A DNA stretch of 64,000 nucleotides from a virus. Its lineage: Duplodnaviria; Caudoviricetes. A program made the translations under genes and the position numbers. The stretch spans positions 169,330 through 233,329 of the IMG/VR virus record IMGVR_UViG_3300031555_003626. One strand, given 5' to 3'. Position 1 is the first letter of the stretch. Each line of letters opens with the position of its first letter. This document shows, in pieces, positions 1-9,114 of the stretch. The notes under the pieces are model-generated. The model was not told the origin of the DNA and did not search any database. It saw only the letters and a program-made list of their open reading frames with translations.

Positions 1-1536
1 AAGGTAGCTGCTCTTAATGATACTTATGCAACTGATACAGAGGTAGAAGGAATTAGAGCTGCTCTTCAAGGTGCTATTGATACTAAGCTCGCTGCTGAAA
101 CTTTCAATACTTATTCAGCATCTAGACAACTTACTGATACTGAAATTAATACTGCTATCGGTAACGTTGATGCAAAGTTTGCTAGCTACAGAACTTCCGC
201 TGATCAGGATGTAATCGATAATGGTATTAAAGGTAGATTGGATACTCTTGAAGCTAAGCCTTTCGATACCTATGCTACTAAGACTGAAGTTCAAGAAGTT
301 GCTGGAGACCTTAGTGACTATGAGACTTCTAATAACACCAGAGTAAAAGCAATTGAAGATGAAATCGATACATTTGGTGATATTGTAACTCATGATGCTA
401 CAGAGTTTGAGACTGCTGGAGCAGCTGCTGAAGCTGAAGGTAGAATCAATGAGACTCTCAAGAGCTATTACACTAAAACTGAAGCTGATGCAGCATTCAC
501 TACTCCTGCTGAAGTAATTGCAGAGGTTAATAAGGCACTCTCTGAAGTTTCTAGCGCTGATACTATTGAGAGTATAACAACCTTAGTTAATTATGTAAAT
601 GAAAATGCGGCTGACCTTACTGGTCTTATCACCGAAGTTTATGGTTCTGCTGAAATGACTGGTGACAGCAGACTTGATACTATCGAAGCTAAAGCTGCTA
701 TGAGTATTACTGCCGATGATATCACTGCATGGAACGCTGAGAAGGGTGTTAAAGCAATTGTAGATGCTAATAAAACTACATGGGATAAAGCAGGCACTGC
801 ACTTCAGGCTGCTGACCTTGCTGATTATGCTAAGACTGCAGATGTAGTTACTAATGATGAGTTCACTGCTTTTGAGGCTGCTAATACAGAAGTTATTGGT
901 AAGAAGCTTGATAAGACTGCTTTTGATGCATTTAACAATGGTACCTCTAAAGATGTAGCTGCTATTGAGGCTGATATTGTAACTAAAGCGAATGCAGCTC
1001 AGAGTGCAGCTGAAGCTAAAGCTGCCGAGCTTGATACTGCTCTTCATAACACAATTTCTGGTGAAGTAGCTACTGCTAAGCAGGAAGCGATTGATGCAGC
1101 TAAGGCTTACGCTGCTACTAAAGAGCAGGGAGATAAGATCGATAATTTAAGTAACGGTATTGCATATGATTCTGGATTCCTTAACTTAACTGCAAATGAA
1201 GTAACGGTAAATACTACTGCCTTTAGCTATAACGGCAAAGAAGTTGCTACTGTAGATGATGTAGCTGCTGTTGATGTTGGTGTAACTAAGATAACTGCTG
1301 GTACTGATATCGTTGTTACTCCTGCAGAAGGAACTGGTGAAGTTACTGTAAGTCATAAGGAATACAACACTGGTCTTCTTACTAAGGATCCTGATCAGCT
1401 TGATGAGGGCGATGCTTATGTATTCACTGGATTAACTCTTAACAATGGTCACGTTGAGAGTGGCTCCATGAAGAGCATTAAGGATATCCTTGAGGCAATG
1501 TCCTTCACTATTGATGGCGGTACATCTGCTAACTAA
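1..1536 (+). CDS. Tail fibre / long coiled-coil virion protein (5'-truncated by window edge)
   Basis: Frame 1 is open from base 1 into the 238..1536 ORF; Ala/Thr/Glu-rich helical repeats; ends IDGGTSAN; located among tail-fibre genes. Confidence 0.6.
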   Translation, partial: KVAALNDTYATDTEVEGIRAALQGAIDTKLAAETFNTYSASRQLTDTEINTAIGNVDAKFASYRTSADQDVIDNGIKGRLDTLEAKPFDTYATKTEVQEVAGDLSDYETSNNTRVKAIEDEIDTFGDIVTHDATEFETAGAAAEAEGRINETLKSYYTKTEADAAFTTPAEVIAEVNKALSEVSSADTIESITTLVNYVNENAADLTGLITEVYGSAEMTGDSRLDTIEAKAAMSITADDITAWNAEKGVKAIVDANKTTWDKAGTALQAADLADYAKTADVVTNDEFTAFEAANTEVIGKKLDKTAFDAFNNGTSKDVAAIEADIVTKANAAQSAAEAKAAELDTALHNTISGEVATAKQEAIDAAKAYAATKEQGDKIDNLSNGIAYDSGFLNLTANEVTVNTTAFSYNGKEVATVDDVAAVDVGVTKITAGTDIVVTPAEGTGEVTVSHKEYNTGLLTKDPDQLDEGDAYVFTGLTLNNGHVESGSMKSIKDILEAMSFTIDGGTSAN

Positions 1537-1677
1537 TATTGTATAATTAAATAGAAACAGGTAAGGTTGGAATTGATACTTTACCTATTCTCCAAAAATT
1601 TGGAACTGATAATTTTAAAGGAGAAAAGCATTAAAGGTTATTTAAAGCTAATTTCCTGAAAAATTAACTAATAAGCG

Positions 1678-1714
1678 GATAAGCTGGTTCCAAAAAGGGC
1701 CAGCTTATCTTTTT
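1678..1714 (+). terminator. Rho-independent terminator
   Basis: GATAAGCTGGTTC-loop-GGGCCAGCTTATC followed by T run. Confidence 0.75.
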
Positions 1715-1742
1715 TAATAACTATATAAGGAGGACTATAAAA

Positions 1743-3044
1743 TTGGCTAATAATAATGTCAATAATAAAGTCGATTTAAAGGTTAGTTCAATAGTTCAAA
1801 AGCATGATATTGAAGTTAACTGGAATAAAGCAACTACATTTATTCCTAATAAAGGTCAAATAATTGTTTATGACATTGAAGTTGATGAAAATAATAATAC
1901 TCTAGCACTTCCAGAAGGTCGCACTAATCCTTACACATATGAACGGTTTAAGATAGGTGATGGGATACATGATGTAACGAATCTACCCTTCGTTAGTAAT
2001 GTTGAGCGCGGTGAAGGAAAAGGTACTATTCAGCAAGTAGCAGATAAGGTTTCTGATGGGTTTGATTTCACAGGAAAAAATCCTCATGCAACAGAACTTG
2101 ACGGCACTTTAACAGGTAGTATTACATATGGAGCTACAGGTGACTATGCTACTGCATTTGGTGGTAAATCTTCCGCTCAAGGAAAACGTTCAATGGCAGT
2201 AGGTACAACTACTATTGCAAAAGGAAATTACTCATTTGCAGCAGGTGATAATTCAGTAGCATTAGGAAATGATTCAGCAGTATTCGGCTATCAAAACACT
2301 GCAGCAGGTCAAGCATCTTTGGCAGCAGGTTCTGGAACTCAATCAAAAGGTAACGCGTCTACTTCGTTAGGTAGAGATACAGTCGCTGAAGGTGATTATT
2401 CTTTAGCTGCTGGTTTTGAGAGTAAGGCAAAACATTTTGGCTCTACTGCTTTAGGTAAAGGGCTAGAAACAGCGGCCGATGATCAGGTGGTTATTGGTAG
2501 ATATAATGATACTGGTTTTACTTATCATGATACTCATGGAACACCAATATTTACTGTAGGCTGCGGACGATCTGATGAATGGGGTAGTTATCGTAGAAAT
2601 GCTTTTACAATCGCCAGTGATGGCACTATGTTTGTAGGAGATTATCCATATACAGATAAAAGTAATCATATTGGCTCGCTCTATGAAAATAAGGAATATG
2701 TTTGGCCTGAAGCTGAAGTACGAGATGAAAACAATGGTTGGGTAAGGCATTTAGGCACTCATGTACCGATTCAAAGCGTTACTGATAATGATGTAAATTA
2801 TAGCTCTCTCACCGTTGCAAAATCATGGGCAGGTGCTGATACTATTGTTCAGCGTAATGATAAGGGTCAAATCATAGTTACAGATCCTACTGAAGATACG
2901 CATGCAGCCACTAAGGCATATGTTGATAATGAAATAGCTAATATTGATATTCCAAAAATAGATTTATCTAATTATGCTACTGTAGAATATGTTAACAGTA
3001 AAGTTAGCGGATTGGATTCTGATTTCTTTAATTCTTTATATTAA
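1743..3044 (+). CDS. Tail fibre/adhesin with YadA-like (Hep/Hag) head repeats
   Basis: N-terminal 'P.KGQIIVYD...FKIGDG' fibre motif; 14-residue repeats such as 'AxGxxSxAxG'; 'HAATKAYVD' fibre motif. Confidence 0.7.
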   Translation: MANNNVNNKVDLKVSSIVQKHDIEVNWNKATTFIPNKGQIIVYDIEVDENNNTLALPEGRTNPYTYERFKIGDGIHDVTNLPFVSNVERGEGKGTIQQVADKVSDGFDFTGKNPHATELDGTLTGSITYGATGDYATAFGGKSSAQGKRSMAVGTTTIAKGNYSFAAGDNSVALGNDSAVFGYQNTAAGQASLAAGSGTQSKGNASTSLGRDTVAEGDYSLAAGFESKAKHFGSTALGKGLETAADDQVVIGRYNDTGFTYHDTHGTPIFTVGCGRSDEWGSYRRNAFTIASDGTMFVGDYPYTDKSNHIGSLYENKEYVWPEAEVRDENNGWVRHLGTHVPIQSVTDNDVNYSSLTVAKSWAGADTIVQRNDKGQIIVTDPTEDTHAATKAYVDNEIANIDIPKIDLSNYATVEYVNSKVSGLDSDFFNSLY

Positions 3045-3055
3045 TAGGAGGAAAT

Positions 3056-3274
3056 ATGGAAAATAAAATTATAACAGCCGAGGAAGGCAAAGTTTTTAGA
3101 AGAATTGCCGATGGTCAAATTTACGGAAAAGAGATTTCTTTAGGTTACTCTTATTATATTAATGGAATTAGACTTGCTGAACCACATTTAGACATTCCAG
3201 AAGATTTTGAACAAATTGATGAGCCTATTATAGAATATCAAGAAGAAATATCAGATGAAGGAGATACTGAATAA
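3056..3274 (+). CDS. Small tail-associated hypothetical protein
   Basis: AGGAGG RBS; translationally coupled to the LRR gene (TAATG overlap). Confidence 0.55.
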   Translation: MENKIITAEEGKVFRRIADGQIYGKEISLGYSYYINGIRLAEPHLDIPEDFEQIDEPIIEYQEEISDEGDTE

Positions 3275-6200
3275 TGGCTTATGAATTAACTTATTCATTA
3301 ATAAATAATAAAACAGAATATGAAATATCTGGATATACGGGCACTCCTGATGTTGTTGATATTCCTAGTACATATAATGGAAAATCTGTAACCTCAATCG
3401 GCTCTGATGCGTTCTATGAATGCACAAGCCTTACGAGCGTTGTTATCCCTGACAGCGTAACCTCAATCAAGCAGGCTGCGTTCATGCATTGCACGAGTCT
3501 TACAAGCATTACAATCCCTGATAGTGTAACCTCAATCGGCGGTTTTGTATTCTCTGGATGCACGAGCCTTAAATATAATGAATATGACAATGCTTATTAT
3601 CTCGGTAATAAAAATAACCTGTACAGATGGTTGATAGAAGCGAAAAATACAAGTATAACTTCTGTTAATATTCATGAGAATACTAAATTTATCGGCTATG
3701 ATGCGTTCGAATACTGCAGGAGCCTTACGAGTGTGACTATTCCTGACAGTGTAACTAGCATCGGTTCTGATGCGTTCTATTATTGCGACAGCCTTACGAG
3801 TGTTACAATCCCTGACAGTGTAACCACAATCGGCTCTAATGTGTTCGCTTATTGCACTAGCCTTACGAGCGTGACTATCAGTAATAGTCTAACCTCAATC
3901 GGTAGTTCTATGTTCAAACATTGTGACAAGCTTACGAGCGTAACTATCCCCGATAGTGTAACCACAATCAGCTCTTCTGCGTTCTTGGATTGCACGAGCC
4001 TTACAAGCGTAACTATCCCCAATAATGTAACCTCAATCGGCAATTATGTGTTCGATAATTGCACGAGCCTAAAATACAATGAATATGACAATGCTTATTA
4101 TCTCGGTAACAAAAATAACCCTTACGTATTGTTAATAAAAGCGAAGAATAAAAGTATAACTTCTGTTAACATTCATGATAATACTAAAATTATCTATGCT
4201 TCTGCATTCTCAGGTTGCATAAGCCTTAAGAGCATTACAATCCCTGATAATGTAAACTCAATCTGTGATTATGCGTTCGAATTTTGCACAAAACTTAAGA
4301 GCGTAAATATTCCTGATAGTGTAACCACCATTGGCAATCGCGCGTTCTCTGATTGCGATAGCCTTAACGCAGTATATATCACCGACCTTGTCGCTTGGTA
4401 TAATATAAGCTTTGGTAGTTATCTTGCAAATCCTCTTAATTGCGCAAATAATCTTTATCTCAACGGACAGCTTGTAACTGAGGTTGTAATTCCCGAAGGT
4501 ATAACATCTATCAACTCTTCTGTGTTCTATAATTGCACAAGCCTTATGAAAGTGACTATCCCCAACAGTGTCACTATCATTAACACTTATGCCTTCTCAG
4601 GTTGCACGAACCTTATGAGTGTGACTTTACTAAGTACAACTCCGCCTTCATTAAGTTCCAATAGTTTTAATAATATATCTGAAGATGTTAAATTCTATTG
4701 TGTTTCTTCAGTATTAGATACATATAAAACATCTACTAACTGGAATACTTATGCAGATAATTTTGTAACAGATGACTTAAGATTATATTTCATTATGAAT
4801 GCAAACTCTCAGAAGAATTATGTTAGAAATTATGTTGATTTAAAAGCATCTAAGTATGATGGTAGCGGAGAAAATTCTATTGTTGTTGGTGAAGGTTCAA
4901 ATGCTATTGGAGGATCTTCTACTGCATTAGGATATTATGTTACTAGTGGCGCTAAAGCTTATGATTTTGATATTACAAAATCTTTAGATTATGCTGAAAA
5001 CCAACCAGAAGAAGATATTACAAATAATGTAGGACGTTATTACTTAACAAGTAATGAAGGATTAACAGATCTTGCAGCAGGAGATGTATATTCAGTAATC
5101 CTTAGCGGTAACTGGGATTTCCAAGGAACTATTGCAGGTTATAACGATGATATTAATGACTGCTATATTATAGTAGATAATTATATAAAGCCAACAGCTA
5201 CTGATTATTATCTAAAAGATGAGAATGGTAATGATATCAAATATCGTAATACAAAAGTTACTACAAGCTCTTATATATTAATTGTAGACAAACCCTTAAT
5301 TGGAAACAAAGTAATTGGAACAGGTACAGTTGCTTTAGGTTATTCAAACAAGGCAGAAGGTGTTTGTTCTGCTAGTATGGGTTATAATAACACTAGCGCA
5401 GGTAAATATAGCTTCAGTGCTGGACGAGACAATAAAGCTGGATACTGTGCTGCAGTATTTGGGCAACAATCAGAAGCATTAGGACACAATAGCTTTGCAA
5501 GTGGTGTACGTGCAAAAGCTCATGCTCATTACAGCTCAGCAATTGGTTATAATAATACTATTCAAAGTGGTGCTACTTATGGTGTTTGTCTTGGTACAGG
5601 ACTTGTTGTGACAGACGAAGCACAAACAGTTGTTGGTAGATATAATAAAGAAGCCGACTCTAAAGGTTGTGTATTTGTAGTAGGCGGTGGCGAAGGTACT
5701 GGAGGCAGATCTAAAACTGCTTTATCTGTAACGCCTGCTGGAGATCTCAAAATAGCTGGTAGCTTTACAAACAATGGAGATGCCCAAATTAAAGGTACTT
5801 TCAACGCTATGGATCAATTAGTGGTTGAACAGGGCATCACTACTTTAACAGATGCAGGACAGTTAAATGTGAATGGAGCTACTATTTTAAATGGCACTTT
5901 AACTGCAAATAATATAGTAACGATTGAAGGTAATACAACTTTAAATGGTACTATAACTGCTAATGGCTATTTAAATGCTGAAAGTGGTGCAACTCTAAAA
6001 GGTACAACTAATATAAATGGTACTCTTGTAGTATCTGGAGAGATAACGACAGGTGGTAAAAAAGTATATCGTATTCCAACTACTGGTGATTTAAAAAATA
6101 CAGCTGCTTCAATGATTTTAGGAACAAGGCCTTTAAAAGATAGTGAAGGCAATGTTACTGGTTATGCAGAAAGTTACTTCAGTGTAGCCGCTAGTGGTAC

Positions 6201-6333
6201 TAGTTCAAATTCTATTGCACAACGTGATAGCACAGGCTGTATACGAGTTGCTGAGCCTACTTTATCTAATCATACTGCGACAAAGAAGTATGTTGATGAT
6301 TTAATTAAATCAGCACTAAGTAAGAGTTATTAA
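3274..6333 (+). CDS. BspA-type leucine-rich repeat (LRR_5) receptor-binding protein with C-terminal YadA-like repeats
   Basis: Many 23-aa repeats 'CTSLTSVTIPDSVTSIGxxAF', then Hep/Hag-like repeats and 'HTATKKYVD'. Confidence 0.8.
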   Translation: MAYELTYSLINNKTEYEISGYTGTPDVVDIPSTYNGKSVTSIGSDAFYECTSLTSVVIPDSVTSIKQAAFMHCTSLTSITIPDSVTSIGGFVFSGCTSLKYNEYDNAYYLGNKNNLYRWLIEAKNTSITSVNIHENTKFIGYDAFEYCRSLTSVTIPDSVTSIGSDAFYYCDSLTSVTIPDSVTTIGSNVFAYCTSLTSVTISNSLTSIGSSMFKHCDKLTSVTIPDSVTTISSSAFLDCTSLTSVTIPNNVTSIGNYVFDNCTSLKYNEYDNAYYLGNKNNPYVLLIKAKNKSITSVNIHDNTKIIYASAFSGCISLKSITIPDNVNSICDYAFEFCTKLKSVNIPDSVTTIGNRAFSDCDSLNAVYITDLVAWYNISFGSYLANPLNCANNLYLNGQLVTEVVIPEGITSINSSVFYNCTSLMKVTIPNSVTIINTYAFSGCTNLMSVTLLSTTPPSLSSNSFNNISEDVKFYCVSSVLDTYKTSTNWNTYADNFVTDDLRLYFIMNANSQKNYVRNYVDLKASKYDGSGENSIVVGEGSNAIGGSSTALGYYVTSGAKAYDFDITKSLDYAENQPEEDITNNVGRYYLTSNEGLTDLAAGDVYSVILSGNWDFQGTIAGYNDDINDCYIIVDNYIKPTATDYYLKDENGNDIKYRNTKVTTSSYILIVDKPLIGNKVIGTGTVALGYSNKAEGVCSASMGYNNTSAGKYSFSAGRDNKAGYCAAVFGQQSEALGHNSFASGVRAKAHAHYSSAIGYNNTIQSGATYGVCLGTGLVVTDEAQTVVGRYNKEADSKGCVFVVGGGEGTGGRSKTALSVTPAGDLKIAGSFTNNGDAQIKGTFNAMDQLVVEQGITTLTDAGQLNVNGATILNGTLTANNIVTIEGNTTLNGTITANGYLNAESGATLKGTTNINGTLVVSGEITTGGKKVYRIPTTGDLKNTAASMILGTRPLKDSEGNVTGYAESYFSVAASGTSSNSIAQRDSTGCIRVAEPTLSNHTATKKYVDDLIKSALSKSY

Positions 6334-6351
6334 GATGAAAGGAAACAACAT

Positions 6352-7317
6352 ATGGCTAAAAATGATAACTTATCAGATTTCTTTACAGAAATAATTGAAG
6401 TTATTCATAATAAAGGGGTAACTCAAAAGATTTATCCATATCAGATTCCTGATGCAATTCGTAAATGTAAAGATTCAAGTTATGAAATATTGGAGGATGA
6501 CAGTAAAATGTTTCCTCCAATAGAGGATTTATTACAGGATATTGCAAACATTTTAAAGAATATCTTAGGTATTTCTGGAGAAATAAATGCACAAGATTAT
6601 GCTAGTGTAATATCAGGCATTGCATCTTCTTACACACTTACTTTTACGAATGCATGTGAAGGTATGTATTTATCTGTTAATGGTACTCGTTATACTGATA
6701 ATGCTGTGATAGATGTATCAGCAGACGACTATATTGCAGTAGGAGCTATAGATACTAGTAATGCTTACAATGCATCATTGTTCCAAGCTTGTAATATAGA
6801 TGTGGATGGGGGCTTATTAGCTAATGGTGGAGAGTATACCGAGTATGAACTAGGTGAATATAGAGAAAGCGGTGGAGCTCTACAAGTAGAAACAACTTAT
6901 GTTCAAACATATACTAGTTTTTATGTTGAAGGCGACTGCTCAATTACACTTACACCTAAAGAAAAAAATACTGTTACTATAAATTATCCTACAGGTTGTC
7001 CAGACAGCTTACGTATTTATGCTCATACTGCAGCTGATCCAAAATATTCTGATTGGCATATCTTTGTAGATACTGTAAATAATAATTCTTATGGTTCAGG
7101 TAGCTCTAGTTATGCTTTCAATAGTGATGATAATTTTATAACTATTTTAAGTAATGCTTACTGGCAACCAGTAGATAGTATTATCGATTCAATATATGGG
7201 TTGGATTTAGTTTATATAAGAGCTCATGTTGATTCTGGTAATGGAGAGATACAAGATATAATGGAACGCACATACAGAATAACACAGACTGATGTAGTAA
7301 TTAATCTAACTAATTAA
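6352..7317 (+). CDS. Hypothetical virion-associated protein
   Basis: Long ORF with RBS in tail module; beta-rich C-terminus. Confidence 0.5.
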   Translation: MAKNDNLSDFFTEIIEVIHNKGVTQKIYPYQIPDAIRKCKDSSYEILEDDSKMFPPIEDLLQDIANILKNILGISGEINAQDYASVISGIASSYTLTFTNACEGMYLSVNGTRYTDNAVIDVSADDYIAVGAIDTSNAYNASLFQACNIDVDGGLLANGGEYTEYELGEYRESGGALQVETTYVQTYTSFYVEGDCSITLTPKEKNTVTINYPTGCPDSLRIYAHTAADPKYSDWHIFVDTVNNNSYGSGSSSYAFNSDDNFITILSNAYWQPVDSIIDSIYGLDLVYIRAHVDSGNGEIQDIMERTYRITQTDVVINLTN

Positions 7318-7396
7318 ATAAAATAAAGCTCAGGCTAGATTTATTAAAAATATCTCCAGTCTGAGTTTTATTTTTATGCATGTTAAATTCTTTATT

Positions 7397-7411
7397 TGCT
7401 AAATTAATTAG
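7397..7411 (+). promoter_or_regulatory. Phage-specific promoter motif (T)GCTAAATT-AT-rich, representative copy
   Basis: GCTAAATT recurs in intergenic positions near 7397, 11209, 19668, 21744, 24705, 27181, 27579, 28042, 28893, 37816, 42184, 53792, 61007, 63739. Confidence 0.65.
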
Positions 7412-7501
7412 AGATCAAAAGCTAATCAAAATTTAAATATGAGATAGATAGCTAATTTTCATATTTATAACTAAAAGATATTTTATTGAAAGGAATTTAT
7501 T

Positions 7502-8209
7502 ATGGCAAAATTAGATATAACAGCTGAACAGATACAATCTACGACTAATATGATAACTTCTAGCGCAGCCGTTTCTGAATGGAATACTGATTTAAAGTAT
7601 CCAAGTACTAAAGCTACTTTAAATAAAGCACATCCTGTTGGAAGCATTTTGATTACCAGTGTTAACTACTCTACAACCGACACAAGGCATCCAGATAATA
7701 GTATTGGTGGTACTTGGGAATTAGTTGACAAAGAATACCGAGTTGCAGCTACTGAATCAATTACTTGGACACCTTACGATTCTAAGGCTACATTATCCAG
7801 AGGAATTGTTACGTGTTCAAATCATATGGTCTATTTAACAATGGAACTTACTGCCAACTCTACTATTTCGCCCAGCCCAGACGGCCAAATAACAGGTAAG
7901 CTAGGTCAAATTAACCCTAACAGTATTGGGGCTATTTATGATGTATCACATCCAAATCCTTTAGCATTCAATACTACTACTGATTTTACCCTTGCTTATG
8001 CTGTTACAGGGGCAGGGGCTACTGCTGAAAGCTGTATTATTGTAGCTAATTTGAGTACAACTGGCGAGGTTAATATCCGGGCCATACTTAATGCGAATAA
8101 ACAGCTAGTCTCAGGTACAAAAATATATTTAAGTATATCGGTACCAATGAAATCTACTAATATGGCTGATAGCTTTTGTGATAAATTTTATTGGAAGCGC
8201 ACTGCTTAA
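7502..8209 (+). CDS. Tail/baseplate-associated protein (gp10 C-terminal-like)
   Basis: 'HPVGSILIT...P...IGGTWE' and C-terminal 'YWKRTA', motifs typical of tail-fibre/baseplate gp10-like domains. Confidence 0.55.
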   Translation: MAKLDITAEQIQSTTNMITSSAAVSEWNTDLKYPSTKATLNKAHPVGSILITSVNYSTTDTRHPDNSIGGTWELVDKEYRVAATESITWTPYDSKATLSRGIVTCSNHMVYLTMELTANSTISPSPDGQITGKLGQINPNSIGAIYDVSHPNPLAFNTTTDFTLAYAVTGAGATAESCIIVANLSTTGEVNIRAILNANKQLVSGTKIYLSISVPMKSTNMADSFCDKFYWKRTA

Positions 8210-8229
8210 CCTAATTATTAGGAAAGAAG

Positions 8230-9087
8230 GTGATTTTTATCGCTAGCTTAACGTTAGAAGTTTTAGATGGAAGCACCATTGCTTCGACTGAAATTTATGG
8301 AGCTAATAAAAAAACTTATATTAATATCGGCTCCGGAAATGTATTTAAACTACAGTGGGTGACCAGTGATATTATTGTTGACCACTATGATTTAGTAATT
8401 AAACGACATAAACCAGAAGTGAATGTCTATGACGTTATTTTTGATAAGAACATTGGGTTAGTTAATGAGTTTTATGTAGATTCTGCTATATTGCCTGACT
8501 TCACAATGCCATATGAGACTTCTATTTATTTAGTCGCTTATGGAAAACAGGGAAGTGTACTTACTTCTAATGTAGTAAATCCATATGTTTGTAAAGGCTG
8601 TGGTACATACGTAAAAGTACAGCCAGATGGCTATGAACAGCCAATCATGAAACGCGCAGTGGCTTTAGTCAAAACTAAACCAGATCGTATTACTTTAACT
8701 ACTGTAGAAGAAGGAGAAGCTTCTGTTACTTCGAGTGCTGTGTCTGCTAATTATGCTGAAGCGGTACTACGAGATAGTGAAGGTTATATTTTACGAGATA
8801 TAACTAAAAAAGTTCTTTTTTCTGTGCCTGCAACAACTGTTGAAATGGAATTAGCAGACATTACTGGTCAACTTTTGGTAGACGATACTGGACGAACTTT
8901 ATTTGCAGAGGTTTCTAATTTACTTGAAAATCCAGATGGCTGGACTATTATGCAGGAAATTTATACAAAAGATGACGCCAATAACTGGCGTATTAATGAT
9001 ATTGAATACGAAGTACTTGTAGATAAAACCGGTGAAATTATTTATACTCTTAACGATGGTAAATATGAGCCTGTTTATGTACTATAA
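8230..9087 (+). CDS. Hypothetical structural protein
   Basis: ORF in tail operon. Confidence 0.45.
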   Translation: MIFIASLTLEVLDGSTIASTEIYGANKKTYINIGSGNVFKLQWVTSDIIVDHYDLVIKRHKPEVNVYDVIFDKNIGLVNEFYVDSAILPDFTMPYETSIYLVAYGKQGSVLTSNVVNPYVCKGCGTYVKVQPDGYEQPIMKRAVALVKTKPDRITLTTVEEGEASVTSSAVSANYAEAVLRDSEGYILRDITKKVLFSVPATTVEMELADITGQLLVDDTGRTLFAEVSNLLENPDGWTIMQEIYTKDDANNWRINDIEYEVLVDKTGEIIYTLNDGKYEPVYVL

Positions 9088-9114
9088 GCTAGTTTATTTA
9101 AGGAGAGATATAAC

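Noticed and set aside
3274-6333. Complete diversity-generating retroelement
   Set aside because: No reverse transcriptase or template repeat is visible in this window; kept only as a hypothesis.
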